NCBI GenBank assembly: GCA_963575745.1
Contig: CAUYUJ010000315.1
Location: forward strand, 1 to 64,000
From: Prorocentrum cordatum
Taxonomy: Eukaryota
DNA: 64,000 bases
Direction of reading: 5' to 3'
Part shown: in pieces, positions 44,531 through 57,800 of the stretch
How positions within the stretch are numbered: position 1 is the first letter of the stretch
Layout of the letters: each line of letters begins with the position of its first letter
Made by a program: the position numbers and the translations under genes
Notes under the pieces: model-generated
Seen by the model: only the letters and a program-made list of their open reading frames with translations
What the model was told of the DNA's origin: nothing
The model's database searches: none

Positions 44531-46851
44531 GACGTGGGTGAGGAGGACGAGGAGAAGCGACGGGACGCATGCATGAGGAGGAGGAGGAGGAGGAGGAGGA
44601 GGAGGAGGAGGAGGAGGAGCAGGAGGAGGACGACGACGACGACGACGACGGAGGATGAGGAGGAAGAGAAGGAGGAGGAGGCGGAGGAGGAGGAGGAGGA
44701 CGACGGAGGAGGAGGAGGAGGAGGAGGCGGAGGAGGAGGGGAGGAGGAGGAGGAGGAGGAGGAGAAGGAGGACAGAGGACGGAGGAGGACGGAGGGGGAG
44801 GCGGAGGAGCAACGGCAGCAGCAGGAGGGGGGAGGCCAGGCCCCTCTGCCACAGGGGCTGTTGCCGGGCTGCCCCGCTCCTCCGCGCCCACGCGCAGCTC
44901 CACCTCGGCACCGCACCGGGAGAGGGGGGCGAGGGCGGCAGCCTTCTGCTCACCAGGGGCTTTCTCGGGAGGCCCTCCCTCCTCCAAGGGCCCTCCGCCT
45001 CCTCTTCAGTCTCCTCCTTCTCATCCTCCTCCTCCTCCTCCCTCCTCCTCCTCCTCCTCGTCCTCCTCCCCCCCCCCCCCCCGAGCTCCGAGACGACCGG
45101 GCAGACGGCACGACGGCGGGCCGAATCTCCACGAGGCCCCGGTGCCGCGATCCTCGGAGGCCCTCCCGCCCTCCGAGGGCCCTCCCTCGGCGAGCCCCTC
45201 CCGAGCAGAGACGACCAGGCAGGCGGCACGACGGCGGGCCGAACCGCCATGAGGCCACGGTGCCGCGAGACGGGGCAGCCTGAGGCGACGGGCCTGAGTC
45301 GTATTCGTCGCCCGAGTCCCGACAAGCATGCGTTTCACTCTCCGAGAAGGCCAACCACCCGGAGCGCCCCCCCCCCTCCCACCCCACCCCTGCCCGTCGG
45401 TCGGAAGAAGCAGGTAGAACCATGCGGTAGGAAGGCGCTGGACGTAGATTGGGCTCCCGCCCGCCCCCTGAAGAGGAGGGAAGCAGGACACCGCTCGACC
45501 CTGGACACCGCTCGACCCTGGAAGCAGGGGAGGCGCCCCAAATCGATTGGGATCTGGGAGTCCAGAAATACCTACTTGCAACGACCGGCGTGTAGTGTCT
45601 GCGCGCCGCCAACCACCTCCCAGAGCGCGCGGGGCCACGGGCTCGCACCCCCAGGGGTATAGTTCTCCGCCCAGGATCCCCTCCTGGGAACCCCGGACGG
45701 GCCCCAGAGGCCGAAACCTCGGAAAAACGCCGGGATTGGAAACTTTTTTGGTTGACTTGCTTTTTTGGTTGACGGCTCCCTGGCGAAGGTCAAGATTCGG
45801 GGCAACGAACGGGGCGCGAAACGAAGATAATTGGCCGCAGTGGCGCATGCACATGCAAGGGACAAAATGACCCAAATTCAAATGCGGGATTGGAAACGCG
45901 CAGTGTCGGAAATCTGACAGGAGGGCTTCTGACCCCCGGAGGACCCCCGGGGCGAATCAAAAGGCCGCCCAGAAGCGCCCCCACCCCCTCCTCGAGAAGC
46001 AGCGACGGGGCGGACGGGCTCAGCGGGGGACATCGAACTGGAATGGGCGATAGGTCCCCGACAGCGAATGTGGACGTTCCAGGGCAGCGTGGGCTTCTTG
46101 TCGGGCCCCAATCCGCGATGATCGGGGTCGATGCATCCCCCCCGGAGCCTCGCCCTCGAAATTGTCGGACCGCAGCTGCGACGGCCTCGGGCGCCCGCTC
46201 GGGACGACCCAGGCACCCCCCGGGCGCCCTCGGCGAGGCGCGGCCGCTGGAAGGCCTCCCGAGGCCGAGACACGGGCGAGAGCCAACGACACCGCCCGCA
46301 CGCCTCGAGACGCTGCTCCCGGCTTCTCTGCGCGCCGCTGCCCGCCTCCAGCGCGCGCGGGGCCACGGGGCTCAGCCCGCAGCTGCTCTCCTCGCCGACG
46401 GGCCCCTCGCACGAGCCCGTGCCCTCGGAGCACTCCGCCGCCTCGCCGGGCCACTCGCCGCCCGCGCCGCCGCCGAGGGCGGGCTCTCCGCTGCCCGCGC
46501 CGCCGCCGACCGCGCCGCCGCCTCGAGCGCTGCTGAAGGGGGGGGGGGACACGACTGGGGGGAGGGGGGGGAGGGGAAGAAGCGTACACCTCTCGTGCCC
46601 CTCTGGGGCCGCGGGAGTGCCCCCCCCCCCCCCTGAGGGACCCCGAGGTGTGCGGACGAGGCGCCTCTCTTCACCAAAGATGGGGGGGGGCGGAGACGCG
46701 TGCGCCTTTCGCGCGCCTCTTGGGCCCCAAGAGGGCCCCTTTAGGCCCCCAGGGTGAAGAGTGCCCCTCTTGTGTCGCAAGAGGGCCCCTTTAGGCCCCC
46801 AGGGTGTACGAAGTGTGCCTCTCCCAAGAGGGCCCCCCAGGGCATACGAAA

Positions 46852-46884
<33 letters not shown>

Positions 46885-46985
46885 GGGCCCCAAGAGGGCA
46901 AGGCCCCCAGGGTGTACGAAAGGTGTACTTCTTTACTTCTCTTCACCCTCCCATTGTCGGCTGCGAGCGAGGGGGGGGGGGGAAA

Positions 46986-47134
46986 GAGAAGGAGAAGGCC
47001 TTCTCACAAGGCGGCGGGACTTCTCAGAAGCCCTCGCGCCCTCTGAGAAGTGTTTCTGTCCCTGGGAAAAGCTTAAAAACTTCTCAGAGGACCGGGGGAC
47101 TTCCGAACCTTCTGAGAAAGGCCTTCTCCTTCTC
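46986..47134. repeat. Foldback element built on CTTCTnAGAAG motifs
   Basis: GAGAAGGAGAAGGCCTTCTCACAAGG pairs with CCTTCTGAGAAAGGCCTTCTCCTTCTC, with inner CTTCTCAGA/TCTGAGAAG motifs. Confidence 0.65.
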
Positions 47135-48022
47135 ACTTCACCTTCCCTGGACGCTTGCTGATTCCCCTGTTGCTGAGTCTCTGCGCAAGAGGAGGGCGGA
47201 CACATCGTGCCCCCCACCCCTCTCCCGGAATCGACAGGTTTCTTCTGCCTCGCTCGCCGCCGACATTGATCGCCCCCCTCATTCATTACCAGCCTGGAAC
47301 ATATCCCGATCCCTATGCTGGGCACCTCCTCATCACGATGCCAATCTTAGGGGCTCCCTAATTTTTTCAAGGCGAATCCCTAAGATTATCATCACCTTTT
47401 GGCGTGCCAATCTTAAGGATAGGGATACGTTCGAGGCTGGTAAATTGAGCAGCGCCCGACCGCTGAGGGCGGGCCACGCGCCCGCCGCGCCGCCGCGCAG
47501 CGCGCCCCCGCCGACGCCGCCGAGTGCGCCCTCGGGGCCGGGCCCTGGCGGCCCGCCGGCGCTGTGGGGGCGCGGGGCGGCCACGTCGGCGTGGTCGGGC
47601 GCGGGGGGCGCCGCCGTGCCGAGAGCGAGGAGGAGGAGGAGGAGGAGGAGGAGGAGGAGGAGGAGGAGGAGGAGGAGGAGGAGGAGGAGGAGGGGGAGGA
47701 GGGGGAGGAGGAGGAGGAGGAGGAGGAGGAGGAGGAGGAGGAGGAGGAGGAGAGGAGGAGGGGAGGAGGAGGAGGAGGGAGGAGGGGGGGAGGAGGGGAG
47801 GAGGAGGAGGAGGAGGAGGAGGAGGAGGAGGGGGAGGAGGAGGAGGAGGAGGAGGAGGCGGAGGAGGAGGGGGAGGCGGGAGGATGGGCAGGACGACGAC
47901 GACGACGACGATGAAGACGACGAAGACGGACGACGACCCTGACGAACGACCGACGACCGACGACGGACAAAGTACGACGGACGAAGGGCGACGGACGACG
48001 GACGAGGACGGCGACGGAGACC

Positions 48023-48090
<68 letters not shown>

Positions 48091-49601
48091 TATCAGGCGG
48101 GCCGTCTTCCTTACGATCTCCTGCCTTAAACCCTTGGCTTTTGCTCTTCCCTCCCCCCGCACCGACTGGGAAGAGGGATCTCGACGGCATCGGCGTGGTC
48201 GCTGGACATTGCCCGCAGCTCGAAGCTCGGAGGCGGGCGGGAAGCGAAGCGGAGACGGGCGGTGGGTGGGGCCCCAGACATGCGATGTCTTGATGTTTGT
48301 TCAATGCGCGGCCCCTTTTCGCGGGGTCGGTTTTCCATCCAGGGTCGTTTCTTGACTGTTCCAGGGCCCGTCGAGGGCCCTTCGAGCCGAAAAGGGACGA
48401 AGAAAAAGTCCGTCGTGATTTTTTCACGACACGAGCATGTCAGGGGTGCAGAGGCGGAAGACGACTGGGGACACCAGACGGTACCGATACCGCCACTCCC
48501 CACACCTCTCCTGCGGTGCGCTCTGACCAGGATGTCGAGACGAATCCGGCGGTGGCGACTAGGGCTTCTCAGGAGGCCCAGACAGGGCGAAAACGAGGGA
48601 AGAAGATCGGTATACAGCCGAAAATATGATCAAGAAGATCATCACTTAAGAAACCTGGGCCAGCTTTCTGGACATTTCTTAAGACAAGCCTGGCCACGTT
48701 GTTGCGTCAGCGCTGGAAGGGCGAACGCGCTCCAAAAATTGCGCCAGCTCTCTGGCAAAGTTGGCGCCGGCCCAGCTCTTCGAGAGAAGGTCTCTTAATC
48801 AGATGCTCGACTGTAGATACCCTTTCCTCTCGGGTCGGGCGAAAGGGGGGGATAGCAAAGGGGGGGCTTGAGAATCAGCTCACGCAGCTGATTTTCCCGG
48901 CGCCTCCCGGCGCCGGAGGCGACTACGTATCGAGGAATGGGCCCCTCGGTGAGGCCGAAGCCAGCTGCATGCAGCAAATTTTAAAACAGGGCTAGGATCG
49001 GGATAAATCGCTCCAGAGCGTTCCGGAGCGCTCTCAGAGCGTTCCGGAACGCTCTGGAGCGGCCGCGGCGCCCAATACATCCTCCAAACCCGCCGATTCT
49101 CAGAGATTTCGAGTTATCCCGATCCGATTTTGTCCCGATCTTCGCGTCGTTTTACCCCCCCCCTTTCCCAATCCCCCCCCTTCGCCCGGCCCGATCCTCC
49201 TCCGAGACGGGGAGGGGGAGGAGGAGGAGGAGGAGGAGGAGGAGGAGGAGGAGGAGGAGGGAGGAGGAGGAGGAGGGGGAGGAGGAGGAGGAGGAGGAGG
49301 AGGAGGAGGAGGAGGGAGGAGGAGGAGGAGGAGGAGGAGGAGGAGGAGGAGGAGGAGGAGGAGGAGGGGGGGAGGGGGAGGAGGAGGAGGAGGAGGAGGA
49401 GGAGGAGGAGGAGGAGGAGGAGGAGGAGGAGGAGGAGAGGAGGAGGAGGAGGAGGAGGAGGAGGAGGAGGAGGAGGAGGGAGGAGGAGGAGGAGGAGGAG
49501 GAGGAGGAGGAGGAGGAGGAGGAGGAGGAGGAGGAGGAGGAGGAGGGGAGGAGGAGGAGGAAGGAGGAGGAGGAGGAGGAGGAGGAGGAGGAGGAGGAGG
49601 A

Positions 49602-49632
<31 letters not shown>

Positions 49633-49945
49633 AGGAGGAGGAGGAGGAGGAGGAGGAGGAGGAGGAGGAGGAGGACGGCGGCCGACCGCCGACGGGCGGC
49701 TGCGGGGCGCCAGACGGGGAGCCGCCCGCGCCGTCCAGGCGCGCGGCCGCGGCGCAGAGCGCGGAGTCGAAGGAGGAGCGGCGGCTCGGGGCCGCGGGCT
49801 CCGCCCCGGCGCCTGGGCGTCGTCGGCCTCGTCGCCGGTCGTCCGCCGTCCGCCGTCCGCCGCCGCCGCCGTCCGCCGCCGCCGTCGCCGTCGCCGCCGT
49901 CGTCGCCGCCGTCGTCGTCGCCGTCGTCGTCGCCGTCGTCGTCGC

Positions 49946-49979
<34 letters not shown>

Positions 49980-50126
49980 CGTCGTCCGTCGCCCGTCGTC
50001 CTTCGTCCGTCGTCCGTCGTCGTCCGTCGCTGTCGTCCGTCGTCCTCATCGTCGGCCTCTCCCCACCTCCTCTCGCTGTGGAATAACTACGACGGGAAAT
50101 TCCTGGCAAGCTTCGGACTTTGGCGG

Positions 50127-50282
50127 CGCGCACAAGGGGGTAGGGGGAGGGGGGAAGGCTTCTTAGAAGGAGACTGCTTCTTAGAAGGCGCCGGCCTTAC
50201 ATCTACAAAGAAGGCCCGCGCCTTCTAAGAAGCAGGGGTGCTTCTAAGAAGCCTTCCCCCTCCCCCTACCCCCTTCTGCGCG
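50127..50282. repeat. ~156-bp near-perfect palindrome (foldback/MITE-like)
   Basis: AAGGGGGTAGGGGGAGGGGGGAAGGCTTCTTAGAAG..TGCTTCTTAGAAGGCGC is mirrored by GCGCCTTCTAAGAAGCA..CTTCTAAGAAGCCTTCCCCCTCCCCCTACCCCCTT. Confidence 0.85.
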
Positions 50283-50838
50283 TGGCCAGGGACTGCGACA
50301 GCTCTCACAGGGCCCGGTACTGTAGAAAAATGGCTCGGGATAACGACACGGTCCTGGGGAAGGGTGTCAATTTCTGGGGGGCCAGGTTGTGAACGTAACA
50401 CGGCGCCTGGGCACGCCGAACTCGTCCGAAGTCGCCCGTCGTCGGCCTGCCCCGAGGCCCGGGCAGTGCAACTTTTCCACACCAAGCGTTCTCGCCCACT
50501 TTCGGGCCCCAGGACGATCCCAGGTCGAGCCGGCTCGTGAAGTGCCGCCGGAAGATCGGGTCTGGGCCCCTGTTTCGGTTTTTCGAGCTTTTGCAGCTGC
50601 TTCGTAGCCCTAGATATCAGGGCCGTCGTCGGTCGTTCGTCGTCCTTCGCCCGTCGTGCGCCGTCCGTCGTCGGTCGCGCGTCGTCCGTTGTCGGTTGTC
50701 GATCGTCCGTCGTCGTCGGTCGTCCGTCGTCGTCGGTCTCGCGCCGAGCGGTTGCTGCGGGCTGTCCGCTCGCCAGGGCCCCGTTGCCGTTGCTGGGCGG
50801 TGGACGAAGGCGTCGTCGTCGCCAGCGTTGATGCCACA

Positions 50839-50921
<83 letters not shown>

Positions 50922-52653
50922 GGTCTCCGTCGCCGTCGTCTCCGTCGCCGTCGTCCCGTCGCCCGTCGTCGGTCGTCGGTCGTCGGCCTTCCGTCGTCGT
51001 CGCTGGTTGTCCATCGTCCTCGCCGCCGTAATCGTCGTCGTCGTCGTCGTCGTCGCCGTCACCGTCGCCGTGGGCCGTCGCGACGTCGTCCACACTTGTT
51101 CTCCGCCCTCCCTCATTCCCTCCCCCCGCCCTCCCTCCCGCCTCCATCCCGCCCTCCCTCCCTCGCGACCTCGCTCCCTCGCTCCCTCCTTGCTCCGCCC
51201 TCCTCCTCCTCCTCCTCCTCCTCCTCCTCCTTGCTCCGCCTTCTTCCTCCTCCTCCTTCTGCCTCCCTCCCCTGTCACGTGCGGTGCGGCAGTGGCGGCC
51301 TCTGCGCGCCCTGGCGTGGTCCCCCCCGCGCCCCGGCGGCCACCCCTGCGAGGGGCTACCCTTGTGTAGCCTGTAGCCTGTAGCCGACCCCTGTTCGCTC
51401 CCGCGCAGCTCTGGCCACGTTCCTGGTGCGGTCTTGCGCTGGCCACGCGAATCCGTGAGTCTGCTCATTTTCCGCGTCCCTCCTCCTCCTCCTCCTCCTC
51501 CTCCTCCTCCTCCTGTTCTTCTCCTCCTCCTCGTCCTCCTCCTCCTCCTTCTCTTCTTCCTCCTCCTCCTCCTCCTCCTCCTCCTCCTCCTCCTCCTCCT
51601 CCTCCTCCTCTTCTGGCTTACGGGTCAAAACTCCAACCTCCAGCGGCCGTTCGGGGCGATTCTGATCCCCCCCAGGGGCGCCTCTAAGCGAGGCAGCTGC
51701 TGGAACGTACCCCGAGGCAGGAAAACCTTTGCGCACCGACGAAACCGCTTGAAAACGTCCGACAACGCGTCCCGCAACTTGTTCCTTGCCAGATTTTCGA
51801 CGTCGTGCTTTCTTTGGTTGTTTTGCAACAGGAGCCTCCCAAAGTCTCGACCCCTCCGCTGGGACCAGTTTCCGGGCCCCCAGTGAGGGCCCCTGGAAGC
51901 CGAAAACGGCCACAACCCTCCCGCTGCGCGTTTGAGGTCGGGGTACGTCTGGCTTCTTTGGAGATCTCCCGGATGAGGTCCCAGCGGATGGGGTCGGAGG
52001 ATTGCACCGCATCGCCGATGCATCGGCGACGCCCGCATGGAGAATGTCGGGCTCCACGTCGAGCCGCATCGGCGATGTGGTGCATCGGCGATGCGGCGGA
52101 AGCCTCCAACCCCATCCACTCCGATCCCATCTGGGAGGCATAGAGGTTCGGAGCAGGGCGAGGCGAGACAACGGCAGCTCTGAGTCGGTCCCCTGACCCC
52201 TCCTCCTGGGGCTCCAGCGCGCCAGTTTCCCGAGCGGCGTCCGGCCGGGGCGACGAGGGGCCTTCCCGAAGGCCAACCACCTTCGCCTCGACTCGCCCTC
52301 TGATCGTCGCCGTCGGCTCTCGCTTCGTGGCGCGGCCCTCCTGCGGCCCCTTGGGGCGACCCGGGCCCCCCCTGGAGCGCTCCTGGCGAGGCGCGGCTGC
52401 TGGAAGCCACGCCGAGGCCGAGCAGCCGCCAAGGACCGACGAGAAAACGCCCGACAGCCTCGAACCTCGACCAGCTCGCCTCTGGAGAGCTACGTCTGGC
52501 GTCCGCACGCTTCCTCCACAGGAGGAGGAGGAGGAGGAGGAGGAGGAGGAGGAGGAGGAGGAGGAGGAGGAGGAGGGAGGAGGGAGGAGGGAATGCTATG
52601 GGAATGCTATGAGAGCGGACCTCTGTCCTCCACAAAATTACCCACCTATGGGG

Positions 52654-55600
52654 TTAGTCTGAACTGCCTGAATCGCCTCCTCCTCCCACCGCCCCAAAAG
52701 ATAAACGGGGCGGCTCCCGTCGTAGAGCCTGTGCACTCCGAAGCGGCGCAGCTCTCTCCTGGGCGGCGGGCCTTGCCTCCGCTGGGACGGGCGGTGGGGG
52801 AGGGGCGAGGGAGGGGCCCCCTGGCGCTTCACCCTCGCACGAACGACCGACGTGAGACGACACCACCCTCTCACGATCACGCGCCGCCATAGCCTCCACT
52901 ACGGCTTGGGGGGGCCCCTCCCTCCTGGGATATATACCCTTGCGAATTCGAGTGAGGTTCTCGGTCCCCTTGGGGGTCAGTCCCTCACATCGCTTGCTGA
53001 TATGCCTACCATCTACCGTAGCGTAACGACCACATTTGCTGCAGGCATGCATGAACCACTTGTCCACATAAAACATAGCATGAGTTTCGTGAAACTCAAA
53101 GGCCCCCGCCACGAACCTTCTGGGGGTCTGAATCACATCTGGGGGCCTCTGTCCCTCTGGGATGGCCCTGCCTGCACAAGGGGTGGCCGAAAACTTGAGC
53201 AGTCGAGAGCCTGGCACCACCTGATCACACACCGCACACCTCCAACCCGTGCCCGACTTCTCAAGGCGGTGGGCCGACTCTCGAACTGCTACCGCACACT
53301 TGTTAGCTGGGGGTCGCTTCGCAACCTCCTGCCTTCCATTCTTCGCTTGGACTTCTGCACTCGCTGAGTCGGCCAACGCTCGTCTCGCGCGCCGCCGCAC
53401 TAAACTGGCAATGGCATCAATTCTATCTGTCTGCGGGTTCTCCCCAACCAAACCGAACTCCCAAGCCAGCTCCGCCCCCTCTCCCGCCCATATGTCAGCT
53501 ACCGCATTACCAACCGCAGTCTCTAACTGCAGCTCGGTTGTCAGCAGCTCAGGGGATTCATCCGTGTGAGAGGGTGTCCACTGCACTTCGACAGTGGCGG
53601 TATCTGGCCTAGAACTCCAGGACACGCGGGCCCTGGTCCACAAATCTTCATTAGCCCCAGTCGGGCTCGGGTTCTCCATTTTAAAACGCCACTTCTTAGC
53701 GACCGACAAGTGGTCTGTAACGAAAACGAACGGCCCAGGGATCTCTTCTAAAGCTAAACAAAACGCCCGGATCTCGGAGCGCGGGACGGTTTGGCGGGCT
53801 CCGAGCAGGGGACGGGCCAACGCCGCCTGGACAATCCATTCGCCCTGGGACCACCTCAGGGAGCAGATAGAAGATCCGCATCTCCTTCGTCTGGGGTCGT
53901 CCGAAAATCGCCCCCCCGAGCCGTCGTCGTAAACCTTTTAAACCCCGTCGCTTCCTCGAGAGGCCTCAAAGTCCCCCTCCCCGCCCAGCCTAAGCTCCCG
54001 CCCCTCCAGCCGCCCATCGTCAAAGAGGGGGTGAGTGAGGCGAGTAGGGGGAAGACCACGGAGCCATAAAGCTGGCTCAGCTTCTGCTTGTGCTAAAGCC
54101 GCAACTACCAAAGGCTCAGTTTTGCTATAATCGCTGTGATCAGTGTTCCTGGAACATTCCCATATTCTATGCTTCAAGCTCTCAGGGGCTTGTTTACATC
54201 TCGGGCAATCGACTGTTACTTCGTATCCTTTTTCCCTGCAGCGGACTCTCGGCCACTGGCCGCCAGCGACCACCGTCACGTTGAGCGCCAGCTGATCTAG
54301 CATCCCCTTGCGCTCGAACCTGCGCTGCTCCATTACTATGGGCCACAGGTCTCCGCCCTCCTGCAAGTTGTCACCAAACTCGTGCTTGGCAGCCTCCGTC
54401 CAGAGGTCCCTGCGTAGGTCGCCCTCCAGGTCGTCCAGGAGCTCCTGGAAGCAGCCCGTGGCCACGAACTTGCCGTCCTCGGAGGTCGGCAGCTCCCACA
54501 TCTCCAACTCATCAGGTCCAGGTCGATGCCATTGAGTGGCGGTCGAGGGTGTCCATCCAGCATCCATTAGCGTTGCCATCAGAGCTCCTGTGGGGCCCCG
54601 TACAGCTCGCCATCTCTTGTCGCCATATCTGTGGAGACGCGCCTTGATGAACGGCCATGCTTTCGCAACTCGTCGATGGATGTGGGGAAACCTCTGCCAC
54701 AGGCCTAACCATTCTCGTACCACACCCAGTCTGAGATCAACTGCGGGGTCTCTCAGGCCCAGCTCCATGCCCAGCGTGGTCGTCAGACATCGACCTCCTG
54801 CACTGCCTCCTGCCACTTTGCCCGCCTGCCTTCTCAGCACGGTGATCGCCTGCTTGGACATGCCGTACGTCTGCTGCCCATAGATCGCCTGCGGCAGTGC
54901 GCCCACGTTATAGAGGCCCTTGGACTCATGCTTCAGCGCAGCAATCTTTCTCAGCTTCACGATCTTCGCGAACCTCCTCCTCGCCTTGAGCTGCCGCTGC
55001 TTACTCTTTGCTGCTACCCGCTTACGTCCTGCAGCAGTGTCCAGGCCCAGGTCCGTAGCCACGCCGCTGGCCTTAGCAGGTATGCCACGTATTCGTAATC
55101 GCTTAGCTGTCTTCCGAGCCTCCTTCAAGTCTGAGCCTATCACCGTGGTCTTATTCGATATGGTCATACGTTGTTCCACCAATCCAGTGCATATATCCGT
55201 CGACACCTCCACCAGCTGCTCAGCCACCGTCTGTGAACTGCCCTCGCATCTTGCTACCGTGTCGTCCACGAACGTCCACAATCCTGCTGTTGGGTGTCTT
55301 CGATGCGCCAACTCAAGCACTGGATGAAGAAAAAGCTTCGCTAGAGTTACTCCTCTCGCGGATCCTGCCACCGGTGATCTGGTAGGCCAGATGGCCTCGC
55401 TGATGACAGATCGCTCCTGCAAGTATCTGGGTCCAAGAAAGATCATCGCTTCCAATCCGACTGCCACCGCAGGGAATCCTGCCGCACACGCAATCTGCAG
55501 CAAGATGACCAGCGAGACCGTGTCGTAGAACTTTTCTATATCCAACAACAATGTCATGGCCGAGGCGCCGATCTCGATGCCTGTCTCGTCCAAGATCGAC

Positions 55601-57800
55601 CGAAGGAGTCCTGCCCTGAGCGCCGAGCTCCCCTTGATCGCAGTGTCCCAGTGGTCTGATAGCCCAGCACTCCACAAGGCACATACTCCGCCTCGCGCTC
55701 TCGACCATAACTTAACTGGTAGCGGTAACATACCCAATACTCGATCACCTGCACCTGGCCCAGGCTTGGCCACCATCGCGCACTTGGTGGCTGATAGCTG
55801 TCTTGGCCATGTCAAAGTACTTTCGCTCCTCTGCAATATTTCCAACAATTCTTGCTTAGCCTGGCCAGGAAGTCTGTCAATATCCGTGGGGCCAAGCTGA
55901 TCCAGACCTTTCGCTTTGGATGCCGATGTGACTCGGAGCGCACTATTGAGCATGTCCATGTCTATGGGGTCCAGGTCCTCTTCCCACGCTCTTCGCTTGG
56001 TGCGCTCCAACTGCTCAATGATGTCAGCTCGTCTGTCCACAGGGTCCGTCCAGATGGTCTCCCACTTTCTTGCCTTCGTGTTCATGATAATGGTGGGGTC
56101 AGCTGTGACGAAGTCTTCTCTGATGGCCATCTCATAGCGGGGCGCGTCCTTGGGCTTGACATGCCTGTGCAGGATGCCCGCCTTGGTCTGCCATACCTTT
56201 TTTGCCCAGGTAGCAAAGTTCTTCCGAGCCGTGGTCATCGATCTGGACGACGCCACCGCCAAGTGCTTCTCTGTCTGGGTCACCAGATTCGCTAGCTTCC
56301 CCTCGTCTAACTGCCATATGTCAGATGCCATGTCGAAGTACATCTCGCTGCTGGCCTCAGTCACATTCTTGCTGAAGGCGTCCTTCCGCGGCAATCCTCG
56401 CAGGACTCCAAGCTGCTTCTGTATGCGTGTCACGCACATTCTCTGCTGCTGCCCGTCGGTGCCGTTCGCAAAGAGTGACTGATATCTGACCAGATCTGCT
56501 GCCAGTATACTCCATTCTTCCGCAGGGCCATACCGCATGTGAGTTCTGCCTGGCGTGGGTTTTGCTCGCACCCATCGTATACCAAAGCCTGCTGCGCGCC
56601 CCTGGCATCCCTGCGCCTCCTGCTCGTCCAGCTGCTCATGCCTGATGAACGCCTCCTCCACCTTGGCGACCCACCGGCCGTACTGCTGCGTCAACTGGTA
56701 CTCATCCTTCTGGTGCTTCGTACCTCTGGTGATCATCTTCTCACCTATGATGCGCATTTCCTCCGACAGCTCCATCTCGTGCTCCACGAGCCCGACCTGC
56801 TCCCAGAGCTCCTCCGAGACGCAGTAGGGCATCTTCAGCACCGGTGTGTCCTGGCTGTCGGGGACATGCTGCTCGAGCATCATCGCCTCCTCGTACGCCT
56901 CCTGCAAGTGCTCCTCCAGGGCCTGCTGCCGACGTCGCTGCGCTTCCTGCTTCCTCTTGCTCGTCTTAGAGTCAGGGTCCGCCGCCTTCTGAGGTCTCGC
57001 CTGGTATGGGAGCGCCTTAGGGATAACTAGCTTCCGATGCCACCAGCTCTCCTTGGTGCCCTCGATGGTTAGCTGGAGCCCACAATGCGTACGCCATGGC
57101 ACGCGACCCTGAACGTACAGCTTGAGCCTAGGGGCGAAGTCCACTCTTGCTATGCCGTAGTCAATGAGGCTTCCCTTGCCTTTGTCACATGTGATGCCAA
57201 CATCTGGTCGTAGCACCACTCCTCCCAGCTTGCCAGGTAACTCAGCGCGTTCCATGCTGTCCGCTGGGATGTTCCAATCAGCCAGGACCACCCATGGGTC
57301 CGTGAGAGATCTGATGAAACCTGACAGGGATCGAATCCTGTGGTAATTCGACCCTGTGAAGCCTTCGCCTGGAACCAGGTAGGCCGAGATCAGGATGACG
57401 TTGCCCGAGCGCGTGTGGACGTTGAGCGCCGCGAAGCCCCTGAACGGGTCGACGTCTCCGTTGTCCACGATGCGCTTCCTCAACAGGTCGTATCCAGTGC
57501 ATGCGAGGTGAGTCCTGGCCAATATGAACTCGCCCCCCGTGGTGCCCTTCTCAGACCGCTTTGTGGGCACCGCCGCCGTGCCCTGTAGCTTCCAGCCATC
57601 TCGTGCTACCACTTCACGTACCTGTTCCAGTCGCCCTCGATCCACGTGCGTCTCGCACATCATGATGATGTCCTTCTGCTTGCCTTCTTCCGTGATGAAC
57701 TTATGGGCCTTAGGCCCCCACACTGTGATATTCGAGAAGAAGATGCTAAAGACTTTGCTCGCCACCAGGAGTCTTATCAGCCTCTGCACCCCGCACCGCG
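52654..57800 (-). CDS. LINE ORF2: APE endonuclease, RT, CCHC zinc finger, RNase H, C-terminal Cys/His clusters (single in-frame TAA at 53938-53940)
   Basis: FFSNITVW, MCETH, SAYL, ADWN, LIDY (APE); GLDQL, DIEKFYD, FVDD (RT); CPRC..HRIWEC; YDDGSGG, QTVPRSE, VTDH, WTPSH, GNAVAD (RNH). ORFs 53938-58971 and 52654-53820 are the same frame. Start codon uncertain. Confidence 0.92.

Noticed and set aside
43818..44987. Poly-Met and poly-His ORFs resembling metal-binding proteins
   Set aside because: Products of the (GAT)n microsatellite.
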